64,000 nt of DNA from a virus: IMG/VR virus record IMGVR_UViG_3300032797_000632, positions 1 to 64,000 of that record; one strand, written 5' to 3'. The translations under genes were made by a program, and so were the position numbers. This document shows, one piece after another, positions 1 to 9,321 of this stretch (position 1 is its first letter; every line of letters starts with the position of its first letter). Below the pieces are notes generated by a model. That model ran no database searches. It had not been told where the DNA came from and worked only from the letters and a program-made list of their open reading frames with translations.

Positions 1-178
1 GCCGAAAACAGGTTGAATGCGGTCTGGAGCTATGAGTCCATTCCCGGCTACAAACCCCGGTACAGGAGGAAGAGATCCAAAAAGCCGGGGCGAAAGCCGG
101 ATCCGGTCCGGCCCGAGGACATGTCGAGCGTCATCCCCGGGCGAGTGAAGCGCCGGATCGAATTGTGAAGGGAACGAG

Positions 179-682
179 ATGGAGGATCGGGACAAGGTAA
201 AATTTGATGTCTGCATGGTCAGGCCAACCGATTTCCGATACTGGGGATTCGGAGCCCGCGGGAAGGGATATGGGGCCCAGGTCAAGGTGGAATTCATGTA
301 CGGAAAGGTTCCGAATAAAGGCACGCCGAGTCGCACGCATCGCAGAAGCATGGATTTCGGGCGGCTCATAGGTGCGAGGCACTACATCGATGGCAAGGTG
401 ATCGAGCATGGGAACAGTGGATACAGGTTTGTGTCCGTCGGGGTTGATCAGATGCTGGCAGAGGTGGCCCGGGCGGTCGAGGAGAGGCTGTTCGCCGATT
501 GGCCGTCTGCCTGTTCCGCAAGCGATGCGATCAAGCGGAGGCTTGCGGATTTGATCACGGACGGCGAGGCAGGCAAGGGAGATGCATCCGCCTATGTGGT
601 GTTTGGCCTAGTTCAACGGGCTGCGTTCGAGCGCCAGGCCCCGCCCGATTCCTCCCGGCCAAAGAGGATGATCACGCTGTGA
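179..682 (+). CDS. Hypothetical protein ending in the shared RPKRMITL motif
   Basis: 167-aa ORF with AAGGGA SD-like sequence; C-terminal motif shared with 10488-10991. Confidence 0.7.
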   Translation: MEDRDKVKFDVCMVRPTDFRYWGFGARGKGYGAQVKVEFMYGKVPNKGTPSRTHRRSMDFGRLIGARHYIDGKVIEHGNSGYRFVSVGVDQMLAEVARAVEERLFADWPSACSASDAIKRRLADLITDGEAGKGDASAYVVFGLVQRAAFERQAPPDSSRPKRMITL

Positions 683-710
683 CCGGCTCCCTTCGATGGG
701 AGTCCAATTG

Positions 711-720
711 GGGGTATAAT
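711..720 (+). promoter_or_regulatory. Putative -10 element (GGTATAAT) upstream of 738
   Basis: GGGGTATAAT followed by AAGGAGG SD; GGTATAAT also precedes genes at 19527 and 25771. Confidence 0.5.
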
Positions 721-737
721 AAAACAAGGAGGTAATC

Positions 738-1019
738 ATGCCGGAGGAGGAAAAGGGACAGCAGCCGATGGTCGATGCGATGCCGGAGTACATCGCATTG
801 CCCATGACCCTGATATTCGACAAGCGGGCTTTGGGGCGGGCGGTGGAGCGGGTCAAGGCCGAGGCCAAAAGGCACAAGTGGCATGCGAAGAGGATGGCGA
901 CCACTGCGGATTTCGCCGAGGCCATCCTGCAGGACCACCTATCAAAGTTCTTCGATTACGAGGCGTTCGACCCGCAGTCGGTGGCGCAGGCACTGAAAGC
1001 AGAGGGCTGGCTCGAATAG
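738..1019 (+). CDS. Hypothetical protein
   Basis: 93 aa, strong AAGGAGG SD. Confidence 0.75.
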   Translation: MPEEEKGQQPMVDAMPEYIALPMTLIFDKRALGRAVERVKAEAKRHKWHAKRMATTADFAEAILQDHLSKFFDYEAFDPQSVAQALKAEGWLE

Positions 1020-1097
1020 CGGGATTCCATAAGCCGGACAATGCACCATAGTGTATGAGATGGGCAAGGCATCTCCACAAACGTGGAGGGAGGAGTT

Positions 1098-1943
1098 ATG
1101 AAAAGCAAAGCGAAATGGTTATTGGGTTTGGGACTTGGTTTTCTGGCCGGGGTGGTGTTCGTAATCTCCTGCGGCCAGGAGGCCCGATCAACCGCCGAGG
1201 AAATTCTCAAGGCAATCGGGATTACCTTCGACCCTACGGGCACCGACCTGGCGGCACAGAACCTCCAGGACCTGGGGACGGAATTGGACACCAGGATCGT
1301 CGCCCTGGAAACGAAGATCGGCACTCCCGCGAACCCGGATACCGATCTCTCGGGGAGGGTTACGGCTCTGGAAACTCGAATGACCAATATAGAAACCATG
1401 CTGGTTCAGGTTCAGGGAATTGTTATCCAAATAGCAAGTATTGTAGCTACGCCCTCCCCCAATTCATTGATTCTTGAATGTTTGGAAAAGGAACTGGCAA
1501 GCTATCAGGTTCCGGCAGATTGGGTGGTTCTCGACAGCCAGACCCATGTCAATGGGTCGGTAACCTTGAGTCTGCCGTGTTCAATGTCCCTCCGATATTT
1601 GAAGATTGAAGCCACTTACACGAGTGACATGGGCCAAGTTAATATCTACGAAATCCAGGCTTTTGGCCCGGATGCACCGACCACGAACCTCGCCCTAAAT
1701 AAAACGGCGACCGCCATCTCCTCCCAGGGAGGGGACGCCGGGGGCCAAGGCCCGAGGATGGCGGTGGATGGAAATGTGGGAAGTCGATGGGCGAGTGAGA
1801 GGGGTTCGCCTGGCCCGGCGAGCGTGGCCGTTCCCCACTGGATAATGGTGGACCTCGGGCAGAACTATCAAGTCAACCAGATCGTGATCAACTCCGGGAA
1901 TTACAACGAGGATTACACCCTGCTGGGAAAGCGGGGCGAGTGA
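1098..1943 (+). CDS. Putative lipoprotein with coiled coil and discoidin (F5/8 type C)-like domain
   Basis: Signal peptide with ISC lipobox-like site; NLALNKTATA..S, AVDGN..SRWAS and WIMVDLG discoidin motifs. Confidence 0.75.
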   Translation: MKSKAKWLLGLGLGFLAGVVFVISCGQEARSTAEEILKAIGITFDPTGTDLAAQNLQDLGTELDTRIVALETKIGTPANPDTDLSGRVTALETRMTNIETMLVQVQGIVIQIASIVATPSPNSLILECLEKELASYQVPADWVVLDSQTHVNGSVTLSLPCSMSLRYLKIEATYTSDMGQVNIYEIQAFGPDAPTTNLALNKTATAISSQGGDAGGQGPRMAVDGNVGSRWASERGSPGPASVAVPHWIMVDLGQNYQVNQIVINSGNYNEDYTLLGKRGE

Positions 1944-2345
1944 CAGATTTCCACGATTGTGGATCGGGGGGCGGTAATCCGCACTGGATAGTCCTAGATT
2001 TCGGTGAGTCCCGGAGCATCGACGAGATAGCGGTAAACGCCGGGAGCTACGGGGGAGCTACATCGTCTACGGGCGGGCACCGTCCGGGTCCGATCCCTGC
2101 GGAAGCTGACGAAGAGGGGCCCATGGGAAAAGAGAAAAAACGCTCAGAACCGGAAAAATGCAAAAGAAACCCTCTGGGGGATGATCCGCTGGCCCGCACA
2201 GGAAGGCGAAAGTATCTGCCCGGGGATCTCTCGATCATAGATTTCTATTGCGGGCCGGGGAAGCAAACGGGGCCAAGGTTGGGCGATTCACGGCGAAAGG
2301 CCAGGCCATCGGAACCGGCCCGCATAAAAAAAACTAGGGGCGGAA

Positions 2346-2720
2346 GTGTTCGAAAGCAGACATGAGATCGTGATCGGCATGCTCAAGATGCATGCGAACA
2401 TCACCGTATCGTACAAGATCAAATCCCGCCCCTTTTATGAAATCACGGCGATACGGGCGTGGAAGGAGAGGGGCGGGAGGAGGAACGAATACCGGTGGCA
2501 CAAGCAGAGGGTCGGATACTGCTCTGGATGGGATCCCGACATCGTGGTGATGCGGGCGACTAGGCGCCGGCTTGGTGAATGGCATGGGCGTCGCCCCTGG
2601 CCCCGGCACCCTTGGTTCTGGGTTATGCTTGCGACCATCATGGCCCTGGCCGTGGCCAAGATCACATGGCGGAGGATCAGGCGGGGTCCCGGGTGGGAGA
2701 TGATGGAGGGGAGACAATGA
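2346..2720 (+). CDS. Hypothetical protein with one C-terminal TM helix
   Basis: 124-aa ORF; hydrophobic stretch WFWVMLATIMALAVA. Confidence 0.5.
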   Translation: MFESRHEIVIGMLKMHANITVSYKIKSRPFYEITAIRAWKERGGRRNEYRWHKQRVGYCSGWDPDIVVMRATRRRLGEWHGRRPWPRHPWFWVMLATIMALAVAKITWRRIRRGPGWEMMEGRQ

Positions 2721-3004
2721 GCGGAAGGGATTTTATCGATGAGGTTTATAAAATGGCCGAGGACGAGGGCCTCGAGGTGGTGGCGGGGGTGTTCGAGGGG
2801 GAGGGCCAGCCGATAGTCGTCTGCCGAACAGGCATAAAATTCGACCATGCCTTAGTCGTGGTGAATGAGATCATAAAATGCGTGGTGCTCGCCCTGCTCG
2901 AGGGAGGTAACGATGTGGAGGCTTTGAGGGGGGCGTGGCTTCACACCATCTCCCGGGGGATCGACGATGTCCACCGGGAGTGGAAGGAGAGCCGGGGGAA
3001 TTGA
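2717..3004 (+). CDS. Hypothetical protein
   Basis: ATGA overlap with the upstream gene; GGAGGG SD. Confidence 0.65.
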   Translation: MSGRDFIDEVYKMAEDEGLEVVAGVFEGEGQPIVVCRTGIKFDHALVVVNEIIKCVVLALLEGGNDVEALRGAWLHTISRGIDDVHREWKESRGN

Positions 3005-3281
3005 AAAGGTCCTGCCCGAACTGCACAAGCTACCGGCGCCCGTCCAACCTTCCCCTGCTGGATCTGTACCCGCTCCAGTTTCTCTGCATGGGGAAAAACA
3101 AGGTGATGGGGCTCCCGCTCCCGGACGGGTGCGAGCTTTACTATCCGGCATTTGAGAACCAGCACAAGGCGGCGGCGAGGCGGAGGGAGTGGAGGTTGTC
3201 GGGAAAATCAAGGAGGCCCGGGGAGGCCCGGGGCGGGGATCGCAGAGTCGCAAAGAATGAGAAGGCGGGAAAGAGGATGAG

Positions 3282-4568
3282 ATGAGCAACAAGACAAGCA
3301 CAAACGCAGATGCCCGGCGTGCGGTTTCTAAATTTACGAAGGTTAGGACAAAATCTAAATTGAGCATAATCCTCTCCGGGGGAGTGTCCGTCGGCCTAGG
3401 AACGGACTGTATTTTCGACTACATAAGAAACCTGATCCTGCACCGGATATTCGCCGATGGCGGGGTAGTTTGCCAGCGGTGCATGATTTTCTGGGTGGCG
3501 GAGGACAAAACCGAGGCCCGCTTGAACGCAAGCGAGAGGATGGCCACAGGGGGGGGGCGGTGCGACGATTCGCCTCCGAAACCGGTCTCCGACCAAGGGG
3601 ATAAGTCGCTGGATGAGGCCCATCCCCGGCTGTTCGGGTATATGCGTTCCGCAGGACTGGAGCCGGCGTTCATGTCGCAGGATGCTGCCTTGCTCTCCTG
3701 CCCCGGGAGGGTGGTGGTCGTCGTCAAGAAGGAAGGGGCACAGATGATTGTCCACGAGTACGGGGGCGGGGATCCGGTGCTGGATGCGGACCGGATCCTC
3801 GAGGCGGCCCCCGAGCTCCGGCCAACCCCCATAATGGAGGAGCAGGAAGACGCCATTTTCATCAATGCCATGATGATCGGCGAGACGGTCAGCTTCAAGC
3901 GACTGAAGCTTTACGCAAAGCCCCTAGCCTCCTATCTGGAGACAAACTACTGCGGGGAGGTGGTCGGGGCTACCAACAGACTGATAAGGCAGATCGGGAC
4001 GAGGGAGTGCATTGGCCGGACGGTCATCCTGCAGGGCCCCCCGGGGACGGGCAAGTCCTACTGGATCAAGGGTCTGGCGAAGACGCTCGAGAAGATGTAT
4101 GTCCCGGTGCTAGTGGTCCAGCCGATGAATTTCTTCTCCAACCCGATGCCCTACCTCCACACCGTGGATAGGTACGGGGAGGACGGCGGGAGGCTGATGT
4201 TCATATTCGAGGACTGCGGGAGGATGCTGGCTACCGAGTCACAGATGGACATGCCCCAGGTAGAGTCCCTGCTCCTCAACATAAGCGACGGCCTGCTGGG
4301 ATCCGGCAGGGAGGACATATTCGTTTTCACCTTCAACTTCGAGGTGGGGTCGGTCATCCCGGCCATCCAGCGTCCGGGTCGTCTCCTAGCGGGGATCAGT
4401 TTCGCACCCCTAAACGGGGACGAGATTGCGAGGTTTGTGGCCTCGATCGGGGGCGATGGGCATGGATGGGGCGGGGAGAGCAAGACGCTGGCCGAACTTT
4501 ATTCGATGATCCTTCTCGGCCAAGGCGAGGAGGCCCCCCGGAAAAAGGCTATGGGATTCTTGAAATGA
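3282..4568 (+). CDS. AAA+ ATPase
   Basis: Walker A GPPGTGKS; Walker B MFIFEDC; LLNISDGL; Arg finger RPGRL; C-terminal MGF. Confidence 0.88.
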   Translation: MSNKTSTNADARRAVSKFTKVRTKSKLSIILSGGVSVGLGTDCIFDYIRNLILHRIFADGGVVCQRCMIFWVAEDKTEARLNASERMATGGGRCDDSPPKPVSDQGDKSLDEAHPRLFGYMRSAGLEPAFMSQDAALLSCPGRVVVVVKKEGAQMIVHEYGGGDPVLDADRILEAAPELRPTPIMEEQEDAIFINAMMIGETVSFKRLKLYAKPLASYLETNYCGEVVGATNRLIRQIGTRECIGRTVILQGPPGTGKSYWIKGLAKTLEKMYVPVLVVQPMNFFSNPMPYLHTVDRYGEDGGRLMFIFEDCGRMLATESQMDMPQVESLLLNISDGLLGSGREDIFVFTFNFEVGSVIPAIQRPGRLLAGISFAPLNGDEIARFVASIGGDGHGWGGESKTLAELYSMILLGQGEEAPRKKAMGFLK

Positions 4569-4637
4569 TCCGGATAGAAGACATAAAGAAACGAAGCGAT
4601 AAAATGATCGCCGTAAACGAGAAGAAAGGGAGGAGAG

Positions 4638-4967
4638 ATGAGAAAATGGGAAAAGGTAAAGTACGAGGCTGACATCGCCATTTTCGGCCTTGGGGCCCTC
4701 GTGGTCGTGGTCGCCGGGATCGCCCAGGGATTCAGGGCAAGCGAGGTCGTGGTGGCCGCATGCTTCCTCGCCCTGACGCTGGTCAAGGCGTTCACCTATG
4801 TCGCCCGGGAAAAACAGATGGGCGGGAAGGGACGGAAGCCGAAACCGATCAAAGAGGGGATCGAGAAAAAAGGCGGGGTGAATGAAAAGCCGGAAGCCAT
4901 GCCGGCCCCGCTCTTCGAAAAACGGGAAGGTTCGGATACTTCCCCGGCACAACCCGAAAAGATATAA
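4638..4967 (+). CDS. Small membrane protein (2 TM)
   Basis: Two hydrophobic helices, basic tail, GGAGGAG SD. Confidence 0.65.
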   Translation: MRKWEKVKYEADIAIFGLGALVVVVAGIAQGFRASEVVVAACFLALTLVKAFTYVAREKQMGGKGRKPKPIKEGIEKKGGVNEKPEAMPAPLFEKREGSDTSPAQPEKI

Positions 4968-5045
4968 ATATTTAGCCCCCGTGGTGCAAGGGACTTTGCG
5001 GGTGCTTATAAGGGGAATCAGTACCAAGTAGACCATAGGACTAAC

Positions 5046-5570
5046 ATGGCGATCCGAAGAGTTGTCGAAGCTTTTAATATGGGATACAGGGTGACTAAAG
5101 ACGGAAGGGTTGTTTCGCCTGAGCAAAAGGAGAGAAAATTAAGCGTCGGACCTCAAGGATATTATACTTTTACCGTGCGAATTAGAGGTAAAAATCGGGA
5201 GGCATGGACCATCAAAGTGCATAGATTGGTCGCTTACCAAAAGTATGGTGAGGCACTTTATGAACCCGGAATTGAGGTCAGGCACTTAGACAATAATAAG
5301 TTAAATAATTGCGATGACAATATTTCCATAGGAACACACCCTGAAAACATGATGGACATACCAAGAGGAAAAAGAATATCCATTGCCAAAAATGCATCGA
5401 GTAAATCCATTTGTTTTACAAGGAAGTTAACCATAGAAAAGCTAAAAGAATTCAGAACAGATAGAAAATTGGGCATGTCCTATCATGAGCTTATGAGGAA
5501 ATACAATTTATCTAAAGATACGGTTTCGTATATTGTAAATGGCAAAACTTATGGGGATGTATCTCAATAG
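5046..5570 (+). CDS. Free-standing HNH homing endonuclease with C-terminal HTH
   Basis: VHRLVA...EVRHLDNNKLNN...GTHPENM motif; AT-rich compared with flanks. Confidence 0.88.
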   Translation: MAIRRVVEAFNMGYRVTKDGRVVSPEQKERKLSVGPQGYYTFTVRIRGKNREAWTIKVHRLVAYQKYGEALYEPGIEVRHLDNNKLNNCDDNISIGTHPENMMDIPRGKRISIAKNASSKSICFTRKLTIEKLKEFRTDRKLGMSYHELMRKYNLSKDTVSYIVNGKTYGDVSQ

Positions 5571-5629
5571 GATAGAGAATTAGTTTCCTAAACTAAAAGT
5601 TGCAGGTTCGAGTCCTGTCATCCCCACCA
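5553..5629 (+). tRNA. tRNA-Arg(CCU) with encoded CCA
   Basis: Acceptor GGGGATG/CATCCCC-A-CCA; D stem TCTC/GAGA; anticodon stem TTAGT/ACTAA with loop TTCCTAA; T arm GCAGG-TTCGAGT-CCTGT. Confidence 0.93.
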
Positions 5630-5646
5630 TAAAAGGAAGGGCCTGA

Positions 5647-6090
5647 ATGGAAGAGTCTATGAATCACGCAGTGGTTGGGTTCATGTTTGACCCGCAAGGG
5701 AAGAATGTGGTCCTGATAAACAAAAACCGCCCCGAATGGCAGAGGGGGATGTGGAATGGCCCCGGGGGCAAGGTTCGGATGGGCCAGGAGAGTGCCCGCG
5801 AGGCGATGGCGAGGGAGTTCCGGGAGGAGGCGGGCGTGGACACCGACTCGAGCCAGTGGGTGATCGTCGTGGTGATGAATGGGGTCGACAAGGAAGGGAA
5901 AGAGTGGGCGATCACATTCATGTACTCCTGCGCCGAGCACGGGATCGAGGAGGCTAAGACGGTCACCGACGAGCGGGTCGAGGTATTTCCGGTCGGCAAA
6001 CTGCCCGACAATCTGGTGCGGGGCCTGAGGTGGATTATTCCCCTGTGCCTAGACAACATATATTTTCCATTGATGGTCATTTCAAAATAA
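5647..6090 (+). CDS. NUDIX hydrolase
   Basis: Nudix box GGKVRMGQESAREAMAREFREEAGV. Confidence 0.9.
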   Translation: MEESMNHAVVGFMFDPQGKNVVLINKNRPEWQRGMWNGPGGKVRMGQESAREAMAREFREEAGVDTDSSQWVIVVVMNGVDKEGKEWAITFMYSCAEHGIEEAKTVTDERVEVFPVGKLPDNLVRGLRWIIPLCLDNIYFPLMVISK

Positions 6091-6103
6091 GGAGGAGGAG
6101 ATC

Positions 6104-6361
6104 ATGGATCCGATCAAATGCAACATATGTAAGCTGCCGAACCAGCACTTCGCCTGGGTGGTCACGAGCGACCCGGCCAAGGCGTCGGCGGTGTGCCGGG
6201 AGTGCTTTGCCGATGGCATTCTGTTCCTCGAGGAGCTGGCGAAGTTTCTCGACGCTCTCAAGACCATATGCCCCGAGAGGCAGGTGACGGGGGAGGGGGC
6301 GAAGACCATCGGGGTGGCCGTGACGCTCCCCGAGTCCAAAGACCAGCCGGACAAGGGGTAG
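6104..6361 (+). CDS. Small zinc-finger protein
   Basis: CNIC...CREC; strong SD. Confidence 0.6.
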   Translation: MDPIKCNICKLPNQHFAWVVTSDPAKASAVCRECFADGILFLEELAKFLDALKTICPERQVTGEGAKTIGVAVTLPESKDQPDKG

Positions 6362-6363
6362 GT

Positions 6364-6738
6364 GTGGATCCCCGGCTGGTTTTTGTCTGCTCCCGGCTGG
6401 CGGGAGATATCCATCTTAATATCAGCCTGACCGCCCACCATTGCCGGTATGTGTTCCGGCAGGGGCTCGTGCCGGTGGCCCCCCACCTGTATCTCGGGAT
6501 GATCCTCGACGACAACAGGCCGGCGGAAAGGGAGATGGGCATCGGACTCGGCAGGGAGGTTATGAACCTCTGCTCCCAGTTCTGGGCGTTCCATGATGGC
6601 GGGTTGTCGTCCGGAATGCAGGACGACATCAACTATTGGATAGCGACGCTCGGCAGGGGAGGGGGAACCGTTAGACGGATCCGCTTCCGATGCGAGGGTT
6701 TTGGATCCCCGATCTACACCCCTGACGAGGCACCATAG
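6364..6738 (+). CDS. DUF4406/nucleoside deoxyribosyltransferase-like protein
   Basis: VFVCSRLAGD...PVAPHLY...REMGI...CSQFWAF...SSGMQ pattern. Confidence 0.7.
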   Translation: MDPRLVFVCSRLAGDIHLNISLTAHHCRYVFRQGLVPVAPHLYLGMILDDNRPAEREMGIGLGREVMNLCSQFWAFHDGGLSSGMQDDINYWIATLGRGGGTVRRIRFRCEGFGSPIYTPDEAP

Positions 6739-6759
6739 AATGCGAGGGAGGGAATAGCC

Positions 6760-7227
6760 ATGAGGACGAGGGATCAGATAGCAGAGTATTACAAGGGCAG
6801 AAAGAGGTGGGATACCCTCGGGTTTGAGGCCGAGGTTCTTCTGCCGTACCTGGACACGGAGCATCTCCGGCCATTCTGTAAGGAGGGGGCGGACCTGTCC
6901 AAGCATAGAGCACAGCCCCTGACCGAGCCGAGGGTGATCCGGGAGATGAAATCCTATATGGAGTTCGCCTGGGGCAAGGTCATCGACCACCGGGGGATAT
7001 CGGCGGGGAGGAGCGTCCAGAAGATGCGGGCCTGGCTCTGGCTTTTGGGGGACGATGAGCTGGTGTCCTTCTGCGACGACGAGAGAAACTACCCGCAGTA
7101 CGGGGCCCCCATATTGAGAAGGATATGCCAGAAATACAAGCTACCGATTCCGAAGGGGGAGATGGTGGACCGGATGGCCCGGGGGCTGGCCTGCCAGGCC
7201 GGGTGTGATATGGGGTGCGGGAGATGA
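6760..7227 (+). CDS. Hypothetical phage protein
   Basis: 155 aa; GGAGGG SD; follows a GCACCATAG element. Confidence 0.7.
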   Translation: MRTRDQIAEYYKGRKRWDTLGFEAEVLLPYLDTEHLRPFCKEGADLSKHRAQPLTEPRVIREMKSYMEFAWGKVIDHRGISAGRSVQKMRAWLWLLGDDELVSFCDDERNYPQYGAPILRRICQKYKLPIPKGEMVDRMARGLACQAGCDMGCGR

Positions 7228-7898
7228 GGCGCGACGGGGGCGAGGTCCTGATGGTGTCGTCTCTGCTGATCCGGAGGTGGTTCGCACGCCTAGAATTGAT
7301 ATTGTACCCGGTGCTTGTGGCCGTGATCGTCTCCATCGTATGGCTTGGATGGGAGGTTTCGAAGATCAAGGTGGAACTCAAGCCACCGGTCAAGGTCCAG
7401 CGGAGTGCGAACTTCGTCAATTTCATCCTCGAGGGGAATCCCAATTTGACCCCTGCAGAGGTGGATTTCATCTTGTCGATGGTCGACGCCGTGCACAAGG
7501 TCACCGGGATCAAGCAGGAGCTGTTGCTCGCCATCCCGAGGCGGGAGAGCGACTTCAAGCCGGAGGCGGTCAGCCCGACGGGGGCGATTGGGGTGTTGCA
7601 GGTCCATCCTGCGGCGTGGGCGGATGCCAGTGCGGACCTCGAGGATGGGATGCGATCCGGATATATGAAGTTCATCCACTATTATGCCCGGGAGAATAAC
7701 AACATCGTCCGGGCACTCATGAGTTATCTTTCGGGAAGCCCCGATGGGGTTCCCCGGGGGCGGGGGCAGAGGAAGGACAAGGAATGGGTCGAGAAGAAAA
7801 AGGCGGAGGCGCGAAGATATGTTCAGGATATCTTCGACTACGTCGCTAGGTTGGAGCGGGGAGAGTGGGCAATCCCGAAAAAATCAGGCGGGAAATAG
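7215..7898 (+). CDS. Membrane-anchored lytic transglycosylase (SLT)
   Basis: N-terminal TM; RESDFKPEAVSPTGAIGVLQV SLT motifs; ALMSY. Confidence 0.85.
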   Translation: MREMRRDGGEVLMVSSLLIRRWFARLELILYPVLVAVIVSIVWLGWEVSKIKVELKPPVKVQRSANFVNFILEGNPNLTPAEVDFILSMVDAVHKVTGIKQELLLAIPRRESDFKPEAVSPTGAIGVLQVHPAAWADASADLEDGMRSGYMKFIHYYARENNNIVRALMSYLSGSPDGVPRGRGQRKDKEWVEKKKAEARRYVQDIFDYVARLERGEWAIPKKSGGK

Positions 7899-8083
7899 GA
7901 TCCGAGAGTCGGAATATAAGCTCCAATTCGCACAGGGGTACATTTAAGAAGGGGGCCACGGCCCGCCTGACCGGGAAGCCCATGTCGGCGTGCCCCCACC
8001 GCAGGGACAATTCATTCTCGGCGGTCCATTACAAATACTGGAGGATGGGATGGGAGTCGGCAGACCGAAAAATTATGGGCTGA
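7865..8083 (+). CDS. Ribosome-modulation-factor-like small protein
   Basis: G..A..TGKPMSACPH...W..GW pattern. Confidence 0.5.
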   Translation: MGNPEKIRREIGSESRNISSNSHRGTFKKGATARLTGKPMSACPHRRDNSFSAVHYKYWRMGWESADRKIMG

Positions 8084-8100
8084 GATCCGGGCCGGAGACT

Positions 8101-8373
8101 ATGGAGGCCATAGCCTACGAGCCGTCGACCATAAGGGAAGAGATCGTCGGGCTATTCGAGTCGACGGGCTTGAGGATCGGGGAATACGCCCGGTTGGTGG
8201 GGATAAGCGACTCTTCGGTGAAGAACATTCTGACGGGGACAACCGCCCCGTCCGTCGAGGTTCTTCGCAAGCTGGCGATGTACCACAAGGTGGCGTTTCT
8301 GGTTCATGGCCGGCGCCGGATGATTACGGGCAGGTTCGAGTGCAAGGCCAAGGGAAACGGAAAGGGGGGATGA
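8101..8373 (+). CDS. XRE-family helix-turn-helix regulator
   Basis: EYARLVGISDSSVKNILTGTTAPSVEVLRKLA. Confidence 0.75.
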   Translation: MEAIAYEPSTIREEIVGLFESTGLRIGEYARLVGISDSSVKNILTGTTAPSVEVLRKLAMYHKVAFLVHGRRRMITGRFECKAKGNGKGG

Positions 8374-8852
8374 GGATGTTTGTGGGACTGGAGGCTCCTA
8401 GGGGGGCAAAGACGATCATCGTGGTGGCCATTCTGTTGATTGCGGGGACGGCCATCTCCGCAATGATCTTCGGTGTCGCCCGGCTCGCCGGGAGGAAGGA
8501 TCAGCCCCATTCCACAATCGTGGAAATATCGGCACCTGACCAGCATCCGGCCAAGGCCCCGGAAAAGACGCAGGCGGGGCGGGCTCCGGTCCCCGGGAAG
8601 GCCATAAGCCGGGAGGAACTCCACTTGCGGGTCCAACTGGATCTGTGCCTCATCCGCCTCGAGGAGCTTCGGGACAAAAGACCAAGGATTCCGGCTAGGC
8701 CGATGGATGCGGACGAGATTCTCGAGCGGACGGAGCTGGACAGGTGGTGGGATCGGAAGGAGGACGAGGTTCGGCAGGAATGTCTGCGCCTGAAAATGAT
8801 GGCCGAAAGGGCGGAGGGAAGGCATGGCGATAAACAAGCCCATTCTTACTAA
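8370..8852 (+). CDS. Membrane-anchored hypothetical protein
   Basis: N-terminal TM helix; ATGA overlap. Confidence 0.6.
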   Translation: MRMFVGLEAPRGAKTIIVVAILLIAGTAISAMIFGVARLAGRKDQPHSTIVEISAPDQHPAKAPEKTQAGRAPVPGKAISREELHLRVQLDLCLIRLEELRDKRPRIPARPMDADEILERTELDRWWDRKEDEVRQECLRLKMMAERAEGRHGDKQAHSY

Positions 8853-9321
8853 GCCGGCGGGGGAGTCGACGCTCGGGTCCTACGGGGGAGGATATTGGAA
8901 TAACGAGCACCACGGAACGGACGGCCCCGTGACCTGCGAGATATGCGGGACGAACCACTCGGAGGACAGGGACGGTGGCTATCTGGTGAGCACATTCCTC
9001 GGCCTGCAGGTCGTGGAGGACTGCTGCGGCAAAGTGCTGGACGTTATCTACAGTGAGTCGGGTGAGGAGTTTTGCCAGAGGTATCTTGAGGAGTTTGCGG
9101 ACAACCCGGCGGACCCCCGATATTTCATTTTCAGGAAGCGACTGGCCGAGTGCATGGCTAGGGCGTTCAAAAACATGAAGGAGGCCAGCGAGCAGTTGAT
9201 GGCCATGAAGGATTTTATAAACATGCCCGATCTCGATCTCCCGGAGGGGAAGCCGGGGGAAAAGAAGGGCAAGGGTGGAAGGCTTCTTTTGCAGGAGGGA
9301 ATGAAGGGAAGGGGAAAATGA
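8824..9321 (+). CDS. Hypothetical protein with CxxC
   Basis: 165 aa; CEIC...CC; GGAGGG SD. Confidence 0.65.
   Translation: MAINKPILTKPAGESTLGSYGGGYWNNEHHGTDGPVTCEICGTNHSEDRDGGYLVSTFLGLQVVEDCCGKVLDVIYSESGEEFCQRYLEEFADNPADPRYFIFRKRLAECMARAFKNMKEASEQLMAMKDFINMPDLDLPEGKPGEKKGKGGRLLLQEGMKGRGK

Noticed and set aside
1940-2365. 141-aa ORF as a real gene
   Set aside because: Only a short discoidin-like fragment followed by low-complexity sequence; probably a remnant
4975-5045. Second complete tRNA or intron-split tRNA upstream of the HNH gene
   Set aside because: Only a 5'-like fragment; no D-stem partner, T arm or matching acceptor strand found
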